Source: an uncultured Candidatus Saccharibacteria bacterium (lineage in GTDB: Bacteria > Patescibacteriota > Minisyncoccia > Phycocordibacterales > UBA2100). Taken from it: DNA of 46,955 nt. Shown here piece after piece: positions 17,860 through 27,025 of the stretch (positions within the stretch are counted from its first letter, which is position 1; every line of letters begins with the position of its first letter). Location: positions 106,790 to 153,744 of the forward strand of contig CAZUVH010000001.1 of assembly GCA_964623775.1 (NCBI GenBank), in the 5' to 3' direction. The position numbers and the translations under genes were made by a program. The notes under the pieces are model-generated. The model made no database searches, was not told the DNA's origin, and saw nothing but the letters and a program-made list of their open reading frames with translations.

Positions 17860-18849
17860 CTAGTAGGTGAGTACGTCCACGGTGCGACCTCCGGCATCGA
17901 GTAGGCGGATGATGTCGTGTGAATTGCTCCACAGCGGCGCGGTCGAGTTGAGGAAGAGACGCCACACGTCTTTTCTGAAGTCAGTCCTGTATTGGTACAT
18001 GTTGACGCAGCCGTTGTAGGTGTAGGTATTGGTGACGAACGCCTTGCATGCCGAAGAGAGCGATGAGGGTGTATGCCCCGGGAAGGTGCACGACGTGAGA
18101 TTGTCTACGAATTCAAAACAGGCTGCTCCGTATCGCTGGAGGTTCTCCGGGATTTTAGGCATCGCATTTTTCGGGTCAGGGCATGCGCGCTCGATATCAG
18201 GGACAAATGTCTGAAATTGCGCGAGGTAGCCTGAACACATGTTTTCTCGAAACGATACGCCGACGGGCGAAGCTCCGGAGATCACGACTGCCGTCTGACC
18301 AGGATTCAGCGAAACACTCGTGACCGGATTGACGACACCGAGGACAAAGAGATTTGAGGCGGCAGGAAGTGGGACGCGTTTTCCGGTGAGTACACTCTGA
18401 AGCGACCAGCCCGAGAGCGACACGGGCGCTGTGTTGGCGCCGCTTGCATGTACAAAAATATATTCTTCGAGTGCAGAGCCATCCACCGGACTTTCTCTAC
18501 CTGAGAGCGTCACCATGCTTTTAAAAGGGGACGGCGTACCAAATGTTTTTGCCTGATTGATCTCACGTTGCAGGTCGTCAGCTTGCCTCTGTATTTCCTC
18601 CGGAGTCGTTGGCACGGATCGACCGTCGGCGCTTTCGTATTGCGAGAGATCGGCACCGATGGTGAGCTCCTCGGGCTGCCATGGTAGGCGTATTGAATAG
18701 CCGCTTTCGCCGCCTGTGATGAGATCGATCGGACTGCCGAGCGAATTTGCTATGCGAGAAACATTCTTGGTGCCGCCCGTGATAAACCACAGTGCCGTAA
18801 GCGAGAACAGCATCAAAAGACCCACTATTATGAGCACCCGCTTGATCAT
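17860..18849 (-). CDS. Membrane-anchored protein with a lamin-tail-like domain and Cys-rich insert
   Basis: N-terminal TM; EEYIFVHASGANTAPVSLSGWSL and WSNSHDIIRLLDAGGRTVD are LTD-like motifs. Confidence 0.65.
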   Translation of the reverse strand: MIKRVLIIVGLLMLFSLTALWFITGGTKNVSRIANSLGSPIDLITGGESGYSIRLPWQPEELTIGADLSQYESADGRSVPTTPEEIQRQADDLQREINQAKTFGTPSPFKSMVTLSGRESPVDGSALEEYIFVHASGANTAPVSLSGWSLQSVLTGKRVPLPAASNLFVLGVVNPVTSVSLNPGQTAVVISGASPVGVSFRENMCSGYLAQFQTFVPDIERACPDPKNAMPKIPENLQRYGAACFEFVDNLTSCTFPGHTPSSLSSACKAFVTNTYTYNGCVNMYQYRTDFRKDVWRLFLNSTAPLWSNSHDIIRLLDAGGRTVDVLTY

Positions 18850-18864
18850 GCTTCTATTATACGA

Positions 18865-20136
18865 TTACTTCGAGGCACGTTTTGCGAGTTCTTCTCTCGC
18901 GACCTCGGCGTCGCTCCACGGAATTTTCTTCCCATGCGCAGCGGCGATGTTTGGATCAGTCCCTTTGCCAGTAATGAGGACGGCGTACTTTTTCTGCTCA
19001 TCGGGCGTGAGGAGAGTGACGATGTCGAGCGCACGCGCGATCGCGGCACGCCGGTCGAAAACAATCTCCGGCACTCTTTTCATACCGCGCGCGACCGACT
19101 CAATGATCGATTTTGGGTCCTCGTCGTACGGATCTTCATTGGTGAGGATGACGTGCTCGCATTTTTCATCCGCGATCTTGCCCATGACCGGCCGTTTCCA
19201 CATATCGCGGCCGCCGCCGGTCGCGCCGAGTACGCAGACTTTGTGTTTTGATGCATACGCGTCGTAGAGAGCGATAAGCGAGTCCGGAGTGTGTGCATAA
19301 TCGACGACTACGTCAAAATTCTGACCCGCGTCGATTCGCTCAGCGCGTCCGGGAATAGTCGTGAGCTTGTTGAGCGCCGCGGCGATGACGGGTGTTTTAA
19401 TGTCGTACGCGTGCGCGAGAATCGTGGCAGCGAGCGCGTTCTTGAGTGAAAATTCTCCCGGAAGCTGCACTACGATATCGATGTTATCAAAGCGGAAGTG
19501 CCCGCCGCGCTCATCGGCAGCGTACGGCTGATTGCCGGAGAGAGAGAAGGGGATCGAGTGTTCGACCGGAAGCGTGATGTAGCGCGAAGCAGCCGGATCG
19601 TCGGCGTTGGCGACAACGATCCGAGGTCGCTTATGCGATCTCATGAGTGCTTTTGCGATTTCGAATTTTGCATCAGCGTACGCTTCGTACGAGCCGTGCG
19701 ACTCGATGTGTTCGGGAGAGAGATTTGTAAAAATGAGCGCATCGAGTGCGATCGCGCGATGGCGCCCCTGCGCAGCGCCTTCCGATGTCATTTCAAGGAT
19801 AGCGACCTGACAACCGCGATTGCGTGCATTCGCGAGGAATCTCTGGATAGCGAATCGTCCCGGCATCGACATGCGCGTGCGGTTGGGCTTTGAAATGTCG
19901 GCGGTTTTGAAACGAATTGAATTCATAAGTGCCGTCTTGTATCCGGCCTCTTCGAAAATTGCACTCACCATTTCAGTCGTTGATGACTTGCCCTTGGTAC
20001 CAGTGACGCCGATCACGATGAGTTGGTGTGATGGATATCCATAGAGGAGTGCGCCGAGATGCGCGAGGGAGAGATGATAGAGGCGCATCACTGGAGCGGG
20101 GATAAGCGGTCGGATGAGCTGCTTCAACGTATACAT
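18865..20136 (-). CDS. murE: UDP-N-acetylmuramoyl-tripeptide synthetase (MurE family)
   Basis: GVTGTKGKSST, EMTSEG, FTNLSPEHIESHG, VDYAHTPDSL, TNEDP. Confidence 0.9.
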   Translation of the reverse strand: MYTLKQLIRPLIPAPVMRLYHLSLAHLGALLYGYPSHQLIVIGVTGTKGKSSTTEMVSAIFEEAGYKTALMNSIRFKTADISKPNRTRMSMPGRFAIQRFLANARNRGCQVAILEMTSEGAAQGRHRAIALDALIFTNLSPEHIESHGSYEAYADAKFEIAKALMRSHKRPRIVVANADDPAASRYITLPVEHSIPFSLSGNQPYAADERGGHFRFDNIDIVVQLPGEFSLKNALAATILAHAYDIKTPVIAAALNKLTTIPGRAERIDAGQNFDVVVDYAHTPDSLIALYDAYASKHKVCVLGATGGGRDMWKRPVMGKIADEKCEHVILTNEDPYDEDPKSIIESVARGMKRVPEIVFDRRAAIARALDIVTLLTPDEQKKYAVLITGKGTDPNIAAAHGKKIPWSDAEVAREELAKRASK

Positions 20137-20139
20137 AAA

Positions 20140-20712
20140 TTAGCGTGAGCCCAAAATACGCAGTGCTTCGCGAAGACGATCATTGACGCCTTCAATTGTT
20201 GCGGGCACTTTGCGCAGCGCATCGCGCGCCTCGCCCTGCGAATATCCAAGTGCTCGCATCGCTTCGAGTGCGCCCTCGTCGCTCGAGAGCGAGCGGGTGC
20301 CTTCCTCGGTACCGAGGCCGACCTTGTCCTTCAATTCGAGCACGATTTTTTCAGCAGTCTTTTTTCCGATACCGGAGACTTTGGTGAGGTAGCCTGCGTT
20401 TGATCCTGATATCGCGCTGCGGAGTGTCTCAACATCGGCGATGTCGAGAATCGCGAGCGCGGATTTGGGGCCGATGCCGGACACAGTGAGTAGGAGATCA
20501 AAGAAGCGCAGCTCTTCCTCGTGTACGAACCCATAGAGATCGAGGATGTTTTCGCGCACCGCAAGATGCGTCCAGAGGCTCGCGCGGGCGCCCGCTTTAA
20601 GGGATGCGAGCGTGTCCTTCGTGCAAAACACTTTGTAGCCGACGCCGCCAGCACTCACGATGCAGTAGGTAGCCCGTATGGCGTGCACGTCTCCCTCCAG
20701 GTGTCCGATCAT
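20140..20712 (-). CDS. ruvA: Holliday junction branch migration protein RuvA
   Basis: MIGHLEG, GGVGY, LYGF, VSGIGPKSAL, GIGKKTAEKIVLELKDK, ALGYS. Confidence 0.97.
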   Translation of the reverse strand: MIGHLEGDVHAIRATYCIVSAGGVGYKVFCTKDTLASLKAGARASLWTHLAVRENILDLYGFVHEEELRFFDLLLTVSGIGPKSALAILDIADVETLRSAISGSNAGYLTKVSGIGKKTAEKIVLELKDKVGLGTEEGTRSLSSDEGALEAMRALGYSQGEARDALRKVPATIEGVNDRLREALRILGSR

Positions 20713-20769
20713 GCGCTTATCATACCGCGATTGCAAAATGGCGATACTTCAGGTACTATCCCGTGCAAT

Positions 20770-21036
20770 ATGGCAAATACGAGTTCAGCCAAGAAGGCAC
20801 AGCGAGTCGCGAAGCGTCGGCATGTTTTCAATGCACGCCGCAAGAAGACCATGAAGGACTCGGTCAAGGCGGCCAATAAAATGATCCTCGCCAAGAAGAC
20901 GGCGGATGTCACCAAGGCGCTCCCCGAGCTCTACCAGACTATCGACAAGGCTGCCAAGAACAACACTATCAACAAGAACACCGCGGCACGCATGAAGTCC
21001 CGTATTGCGAAGCGTGTCGCCGCACTCTCCAAGTAA
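20770..21036 (+). CDS. rpsT: 30S ribosomal protein S20
   Basis: MANTSSAKKAQR...IDKAAK...INKNTAARMKSR. Confidence 0.95.
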   Translation: MANTSSAKKAQRVAKRRHVFNARRKKTMKDSVKAANKMILAKKTADVTKALPELYQTIDKAAKNNTINKNTAARMKSRIAKRVAALSK

Positions 21037-21090
21037 TTATTTTCAGTACTCAAAACAGAAAGACCTGCCGGACGGCAGGTCCTTCTGTCT

Positions 21091-21165
21091 TGGTGCTCTC
21101 GGTAGGAATCGAACCTACATTGCATCCTCCGCAAGGATGCGTCCTATCCATTGAACGACGAGAGC
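21091..21165 (-). tRNA. tRNA-Arg(GCG)
   Basis: Minus-strand cloverleaf GCTCTCG/CGAGAGC, anticodon arm CATCC-TTGCGGA-GGATG, CCA encoded. Confidence 0.93.
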
Positions 21166-21336
21166 TATGGAGGAGCGAAATGGGAAAGCGTGCCTTCACA
21201 TTTCCTCCGACTGACGCTCACGGAGCCGGAGGCTCACGAGAGCATTAACGCGCAATGTACCACTATTTCGCGGTTTTTCCACATTTTGAGCGCGCAGCCA
21301 GACATCGATGACATGAAAGCGGGATATGATTGCCGT

Positions 21337-23625
21337 ATGTCTATTCTCCAGAAGAGGGGAAGCCGCGGCGCGTCTGTGCTCGCAGCTGTCGCCTTTGTCG
21401 CAATATTTGGGCTCGTCACGATGGTCGTTATCAATATCCCATCGACATCGGACCGCCGTGCACTGACTGCACAGGCAGCCGCTACGGAGCCGGATGTTCC
21501 ACCGCAGCCAGCAGCCGCGCAGACAAAACAAGAACAAATTTCTTCAGAGTGCAAAAAAGGCGAGGTACATACAGTCAAAGAGGAGTTGAACAACGAGAAG
21601 CCGAGCGGTCTCGCAGTACAGGCAGGGATTAATGACATTGGAAGCAAGGGGGTAAGCGGCAAGACCGTCGAAACGATCACAAAGTGCTGGATTCCTGATC
21701 CGAAAAACCCTCTGATAATGAACAGGAATCCTGAAACAGTTAGTAATCCCGCATGTAAGGTTGCTGACAAAAATAAATGCGTTGTGCAGTACTGTCCTCT
21801 TAAGGGCATGATGGAGAAGGAGGGCACGTGTTTCGTTGTGTCGTGTACACAAGGTGATCTTCAATGTTTGCAAAAAAGACTCACCTCCGCGCGTACCGGT
21901 GGCGTCCAGGGTATTGCCGATTTCCTTAATCAGGGTGGTGGTGTGCAAGCGTACAATCCTTCTACAGGCGCTCTTAGTACAAACATCCAATCCCAATTCA
22001 GTCCCGATGCATATAGCGCAGTAGATACACAAGTAAAGCTTCTCAAAAAAGAAAACGAAATACTGCAGAACGATCTCGCATTCCAGAGTTGCCAGGACTC
22101 ATTCTCAGGCTGTTCAAATGAGGAGGTGAGCAAACTCAATGATACGCGCGAAAGACTTCTAAAAGAGCAAGAAGGTTTACAGAAGACATTATCCACACAA
22201 ATGCAGGCGCTCGAGCGAAGTCAGGGGAGCCTCACTTCCGATATTACCGGCTCAATCGATCCAATCACCGGCTTGCCGACCAAGAGATATGGTTCACCGG
22301 CATCGACGGGAAGCGTCGATCCTGTCACGGGCCTGCCCACAGATACGTATCGTCCGAAAACGTCGACGGGTTTTTCGGGCCCGTGTCCGAACGGACAAGC
22401 GGTAAACCAAGTGACTGGTATGTGTGGGGGTGGTTCTCCTCCTTACGTAGCACCGTCGCCATCCGCTCCACCATCTTCCGGGCTTGGCTCGCTTTTTGGT
22501 GGCTCTCCAGCGAATCGTGCAGCGACCAATGGATTGTTCTATCAGCTCGGCAATATGATCGGCAATCTCATAAAAGGCAACGGAGTCGGAGGTGCCGGCA
22601 GTAATCAGCAGCAAATGACATGCGCCAAGACACAAGATCAATATCAGCAACAACAGCAACAATACAATCAGCAGATTCAGCAATACAACTATCAATTACA
22701 GCAACAGCAACAAATGCAGATGCAGCAGAACTATGGCGGGGGATATGGAGGAGCAGGCGGCGGACTAACGCCTGTGTATGGATATGATCAATATGGCTCG
22801 TATGGAATCGTCGGGTATCAGCAGTCGCAGCCGTATGGTTCCGCGTACGGGTCCCCATATGGATATGGTAATCAGTACACTGGCGGCAACAGTATGATGG
22901 GCACCTACGGCTATGGTCAGGCGACGCCACCACAACAGCCACCGCAACCTTGTTACAACAATCGTGAGCCGCAGCAATGCTCATTCTCGCCGCAACAACC
23001 AAGTAGCGCGAGCTGCGCGAGCGGCACATGGAAGCCGACTACGAGCGGCAATGGGTGTATCGGCGGGTGGCAGTGCATTCCCAGCGGCTCTGAGGGGACA
23101 GGCGGGACGAACACACCTGTAGGTACGATCTCGTGCGAACCCAAGATCGCAGATATGGGTATGACAATTGCAATCTCCTACGCATGCGCAAATTCAACAC
23201 AAAGCTCCGGAAGCGGATTCAATACCAACGGCGCCCTCTCCGGTTCGGCGACGACGACTATTCAGAATCCTCCGCAAGGCACTAACACCGTGACGTACAC
23301 ATTGACGTGCAAGAATCAGACGACAACGGCAGGGGCAGAGTGCAGTGTGCAGTTCGGCAAACCAGGAATCGTATTCCTTGCCGAACCGGACACGGTAAAG
23401 GCAGGTGGCACGACCACGCTCGGTTGGATTACGAGCGGCATGCAATCGTGCGTCGTCTCAAGTCCTGATTTGCCGAGCTTTAGTGCACAGAACTCAGGTG
23501 TAAAAAGTCCGAATGGAGTCGCCTCTGCGAGCGGCCTTACCTCCAACACGCGCTTTGCATTAAATTGCACCACTGTAGGTGGTGCGAATGCGTCTGCGAG
23601 CACGACAGTCACTATCACTCAGTAG
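21337..23625 (+). CDS. Large membrane-anchored surface protein with Cys-rich, Q/Y/G low-complexity and Ig-like regions
   Basis: Basic N-terminus followed by a TM; poly-Q and GY tracts; two C-terminal beta-rich Cys-paired domains; start moved to ATG 21337 after TATGAT. Confidence 0.8.
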   Translation: MSILQKRGSRGASVLAAVAFVAIFGLVTMVVINIPSTSDRRALTAQAAATEPDVPPQPAAAQTKQEQISSECKKGEVHTVKEELNNEKPSGLAVQAGINDIGSKGVSGKTVETITKCWIPDPKNPLIMNRNPETVSNPACKVADKNKCVVQYCPLKGMMEKEGTCFVVSCTQGDLQCLQKRLTSARTGGVQGIADFLNQGGGVQAYNPSTGALSTNIQSQFSPDAYSAVDTQVKLLKKENEILQNDLAFQSCQDSFSGCSNEEVSKLNDTRERLLKEQEGLQKTLSTQMQALERSQGSLTSDITGSIDPITGLPTKRYGSPASTGSVDPVTGLPTDTYRPKTSTGFSGPCPNGQAVNQVTGMCGGGSPPYVAPSPSAPPSSGLGSLFGGSPANRAATNGLFYQLGNMIGNLIKGNGVGGAGSNQQQMTCAKTQDQYQQQQQQYNQQIQQYNYQLQQQQQMQMQQNYGGGYGGAGGGLTPVYGYDQYGSYGIVGYQQSQPYGSAYGSPYGYGNQYTGGNSMMGTYGYGQATPPQQPPQPCYNNREPQQCSFSPQQPSSASCASGTWKPTTSGNGCIGGWQCIPSGSEGTGGTNTPVGTISCEPKIADMGMTIAISYACANSTQSSGSGFNTNGALSGSATTTIQNPPQGTNTVTYTLTCKNQTTTAGAECSVQFGKPGIVFLAEPDTVKAGGTTTLGWITSGMQSCVVSSPDLPSFSAQNSGVKSPNGVASASGLTSNTRFALNCTTVGGANASASTTVTITQ

Positions 23626-23628
23626 TTT

Positions 23629-24099
23629 TTAGAAACCGAAGAATTCTAAAATCTTGTGTGCGACGGGCTCTTTCATGTGGACCTCCTTCGCGCGCTCTTT
23701 TAGGTATGCACGTACCAATTGAGGGTCGATGTGTTCGATCGGGATGATGAGATTTGGTGAGAGGAATTTAGTAGTGTCGATGAGGAGCAACGGGCGATTG
23801 TGATTCTCATCCTCCACCCAAAAAGAAATGATCTCGTTGTACCGGTGGAGCTTGTCGTGTACACGGACACCTCTGTCGGACAGTTCAAATTCCGTGAGTT
23901 CCGGCGGCGTGCGCGCAAGAAGCGCGAGGACCACCGCAGCGAGAATGATGAGAATCGCGAAGAGGACATTGTGGAAGAGAATGCTCGTGAGTGCCGCCGA
24001 GATCGCGACGATGCCGAGCGCCCAGTACCAGTCGGAAGCACGTTCGATGTGGTCGTGCTCGTACGCGCTCCATGTGAGAGTCGTGTTGGTGTCTGCCAT
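23629..24099 (-). CDS. Conserved hypothetical membrane protein (two TM segments plus a PH-like tail)
   Basis: LTWSAYEH..ERASDWYW, two TM segments, soluble C-terminus; coding-like composition. Confidence 0.7.
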   Translation of the reverse strand: MADTNTTLTWSAYEHDHIERASDWYWALGIVAISAALTSILFHNVLFAILIILAAVVLALLARTPPELTEFELSDRGVRVHDKLHRYNEIISFWVEDENHNRPLLLIDTTKFLSPNLIIPIEHIDPQLVRAYLKERAKEVHMKEPVAHKILEFFGF

Positions 24100-24161
24100 T
24101 TCAATAATGATAACAGGAAAATAAAGAGGCCCGTGGAAGTACACGGGCCATAAGCACTCTG

Positions 24162-24542
24162 CTAATTCTTGCCAAGGAACTCGCGTACCCGATCAATGTC
24201 ACGTTTTTCCTCGTTATTTTTTATCAGCCAACCAAGCCCGACGAAAAAAACGGTCCCCGTCGGGCAGGCATGGCTCGATGTGATTTTGGGCGCAGTGTAT
24301 AACAAGGCCACCATCTGTGATGAGGGAAGGTCACCCAAGACTTTGTACCTACCACCGCTATGGATATCACACGAATCGCCGTAGCGGAGCATTAGATCCA
24401 TGTTCATTGGTCTCCAGATAATAGAATCCGGATTCCGTACCACTACCTTTTCGCTCTTGAATATAGTACCGACCTCTTCTGCTGTCATACCGGTTGATGC
24501 TAAGACAGTGGAGAGCATCACCGCAATGAGAATTGCACGCAT
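24162..24542 (-). CDS. Small secreted hypothetical protein
   Basis: GAGGAG SD before ATG 24542; signal-peptide-like MRAILIAVMLSTVLA; one Cys pair. Confidence 0.65.
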   Translation of the reverse strand: MRAILIAVMLSTVLASTGMTAEEVGTIFKSEKVVVRNPDSIIWRPMNMDLMLRYGDSCDIHSGGRYKVLGDLPSSQMVALLYTAPKITSSHACPTGTVFFVGLGWLIKNNEEKRDIDRVREFLGKN

Positions 24543-24652
24543 TTGATTACTCCTCGCTTGTTTCAACGCTGACGAAAACCTACTTGATGTTGAAAATAAA
24601 GTAAAGCTCAATGGAAAGACCCGCGGTGGCGCACCGCGGGCTTTGCAAAGAA

Positions 24653-25171
24653 TTATCGAGTACGGAGTGTGTCTAGCTCGGCAGGGTATCCGTCCATAAA
24701 CCACCTCGCCCAGGTCTCGCGGTTGACCTTCACCTGATCCGCGTGGATCCACATGCCAAGCACGTGTTCGGTAAAGACCGGATATTCCCGGAGCTGGATC
24801 GTACCTTCCCACACGACTTGGTCCGGATTCTCCTTCGAGAAAATTTTAAGATGATCGCCATCTTTGAGCGGGTAGAGTCCTTCGTAGCTCCACGCGTCGC
24901 CGATAGCTTCTTCGTGCGCATCGGGTATACACTCGGGACGTCTCGGGGCCTTGAATTCACCCGTTGCTTCGTCGACAGAGATTTCGTCGACACTCAGTAC
25001 CATGAGAGCGCCCTTTTGATCTCGCAACCATTTCCCACATTTTTTACAGTAGCCACGCGGGACATTTTTTTGAATGAAGCGTTCGTCTTGGAACGCCCAA
25101 TACCCACCTTCGGTGCCCGTCTCAGAATGGAAACTGAGCACACCTCTTATCGTTCCACTTTTTGTTCTCAT
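24653..25171 (-). CDS. Hypothetical protein with a CxxC insert
   Basis: 172-aa ORF, AGGAGGAGG SD, terminator hairpin at about 24616-24644. Confidence 0.7.
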   Translation of the reverse strand: MRTKSGTIRGVLSFHSETGTEGGYWAFQDERFIQKNVPRGYCKKCGKWLRDQKGALMVLSVDEISVDEATGEFKAPRRPECIPDAHEEAIGDAWSYEGLYPLKDGDHLKIFSKENPDQVVWEGTIQLREYPVFTEHVLGMWIHADQVKVNRETWARWFMDGYPAELDTLRTR

Positions 25172-25263
25172 GTTGTTTCCTCCTCCTAATCTGTCGTCAG
25201 CATAGCATCAATGGCGAGGCTTGAGGGTTTAAGGACCGCAAGCAGCCGTGGCATACTGGATTA

Positions 25264-25725
25264 ATGGTCGAGTTGTACGGTCGGAAACCAAATACAAATT
25301 GTATTGTTTGCGGTGCGTTGGTGTACAAAAGACCTTTTCAGATCGAGAAGAATCGCGGAAGGGTATTTTGTACCCAGGCATGCTTCGGAAAATCGACAAG
25401 AAAAGAAATAGCATGCAGAGGTTGTGGGAAGACAATTCTTTCTGGGCAAAACAAGCAGACATGCAGTAGGGAATGTGCAAATAAATTACGAGCGGGCATT
25501 AGATATGGAATCGGACGTCCTCGCGACAAGATGATGGAACAACGGAGCATGAAGCTTCAGATTATTCGCCTACGCGGGGGATTGTGTGAGCGATGCAAAT
25601 ATGACTGCGTGGAGATCCTTCATGTCCACCACAAAGACAGGAATCGAAAAAACAATAATCCACAGAATCTTGAGCTACTATGTCCAAATTGTCACGCGAA
25701 AGAACATCGCTTAGAAAATTTGTAA
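25264..25725 (+). CDS. HNH endonuclease with N-terminal zinc-finger repeats
   Basis: Two CxxC...CxxxC modules, then CERC...HVHHKDRNRKNN...NLELLCPNCH. Confidence 0.88.
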   Translation: MVELYGRKPNTNCIVCGALVYKRPFQIEKNRGRVFCTQACFGKSTRKEIACRGCGKTILSGQNKQTCSRECANKLRAGIRYGIGRPRDKMMEQRSMKLQIIRLRGGLCERCKYDCVEILHVHHKDRNRKNNNPQNLELLCPNCHAKEHRLENL

Positions 25726-25752
25726 CTCGATGATATTGTAGACCCTTGAAAG

Positions 25753-25840
25753 GGAGGGGTGCGTGAGTGGTCTAAACGAACGGTCTTGAAAACCGTCATG
25801 GGGCAACCCATCGAGAGTTCGAATCTCTCCCCCTCCGCCA
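25753..25840 (+). tRNA. tRNA-Ser(UGA)
   Basis: GGAGGGG/CCCCTCC acceptor, ACGGT-CTTGAAA-ACCGT anticodon arm, long variable arm, G73, CCA. Confidence 0.95.
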
Positions 25841-25861
25841 AATAGTTGTACACTGAGAGGT

Positions 25862-26350
25862 ATGAGCACCGTCCGCAACTGCACGCTCGTCTTCTTGATC
25901 AAGCGGCAGGGTGGCGTTATCACACATATATGCCTTGCGATGAAGAAACGCGGCTTCGGAGCTGGCAAATGGAACGGTGCGGGCGGCAAGGTGGAGAAAG
26001 GTGAGACGATCGAGGAAGCTGCGGTACGCGAAGCAAAAGAAGAGATCGGCGTCGATCTGCACGGAATTTCCAAAATTGGCGAGCTGATGTTTTACTTCTC
26101 GCACAATCCGGCGTGGGATATGCTCGTGCACGCTTATTTTTGTGAAAAATGGAGTGGCGAGCCTCTTGAAAGTGAGGAGATGCGACCAGAGTGGTTCCCC
26201 GTATCGGAAATCCCGTTTGCATCTATGTGGCCGGATGATGAATTTTGGATACCGCACGTCCTGAAAGGGGAGAAGGTAAAAGCGAGTTTTACGTTTAGTG
26301 AAAATGACGTGATTCACGCAAAAGACGTGCAGCTTGTTGAGAATCTTTAA
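25862..26350 (+). CDS. NUDIX hydrolase, MTH1-like 8-oxo-dGTP diphosphatase
   Basis: KKRGFGAGKWNGAGGKVEKGETIEEAAVREAKEEIG Nudix box; EEMRPEWF; MWPDD. Confidence 0.9.
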   Translation: MSTVRNCTLVFLIKRQGGVITHICLAMKKRGFGAGKWNGAGGKVEKGETIEEAAVREAKEEIGVDLHGISKIGELMFYFSHNPAWDMLVHAYFCEKWSGEPLESEEMRPEWFPVSEIPFASMWPDDEFWIPHVLKGEKVKASFTFSENDVIHAKDVQLVENL

Positions 26351-26504
26351 CGTATATGCCCCGCAGTGAAATGTGCCTTAGGCTCAAACAAACTATGAAA
26401 AAAAATCAACGAAATCAACAAAGTGCTCCAGTCGGGAGTTCGTATACCACGCCGCAGCAGGACGGCATGCCGCTTGCTGCAAAGGCACATTCTACTGACG
26501 GGGT

Positions 26505-26927
26505 ATGAGAAAAATAATGATCTTCGGTACGTTCGACATGGTGCACCCGGGGCACGAGGATTTTTTCCGTCAGGCCCGTGCGCTCGTGAACGATCCTTTT
26601 CTAGTCGTTTCGATTGCGCGCGATTCGGCGGTACTTCGCATCAAGGGAGTAGCGCCACGGCGCATAGAGATGGAGCGGCTCCAGATCGTCGGCGCTCATG
26701 CGGCGGTGGATCACGCGATTCTCGGTGATGAAATCGGATACATGGGACACATTAAAAAAATAAATCCCTACATCATTGCTCTCGGATATGACCAAGAGGG
26801 CGAATACGTCTCAGATTTGAAGCGCGACCTTATAGAGGCGGGGCTCCAGACACAGATCAAGCGACTGAAGTCGCACAGGCCTGAAATATATAAAACGTCC
26901 AAGTTAAGCCATAAAATGGCATTGTGA
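26505..26927 (+). CDS. Cytidylyltransferase-family nucleotidyltransferase (archaeal-type FAD synthase-like)
   Basis: [11 protein letters not shown] (HxGH), VSIARD, IALGYDQ. Confidence 0.8.
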   Translation: MRKIMIFGTFDMVHPGHEDFFRQARALVNDPFLVVSIARDSAVLRIKGVAPRRIEMERLQIVGAHAAVDHAILGDEIGYMGHIKKINPYIIALGYDQEGEYVSDLKRDLIEAGLQTQIKRLKSHRPEIYKTSKLSHKMAL

Positions 26928-27025
26928 TAAAATGTACGCGGCCCTTGCTTCAGACCCCGAAGCGGGGGCCATTTCCGTGCACGGAAATGGCCCTTTGAAT
27001 CGAATCCCTTGCTATACTGCCCCAC

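Noticed and set aside
21151-21336. N-terminal extension of the 824-aa ORF
   Set aside because: It overlaps tRNA-Arg and its promoter; the TM signal and -10 box point to ATG 21337
24162-25725. Prophage remnant (hypothetical genes plus HNH)
   Set aside because: No integrase, terminase or structural genes, and no att pair spanning the block
25242-25750. Possible tRNA half or group I intron around the HNH gene
   Set aside because: GCAGCCGTGGCATACTGGAT is better explained as an extended -10 promoter; no matching 3' tRNA half or convincing P7 core was found, and tRNA-Ser is intact
26395-26508. 37-codon uORF overlapping the cytidylyltransferase start, enclosed by aatgtgcctt/aaggcacatt inverted repeats
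   Set aside because: No SD or recognisable motif; cannot be distinguished from chance
26935-26997. SRP RNA
   Set aside because: Lacks the conserved helix 8 CAGG...GGAA...AGCAG motif
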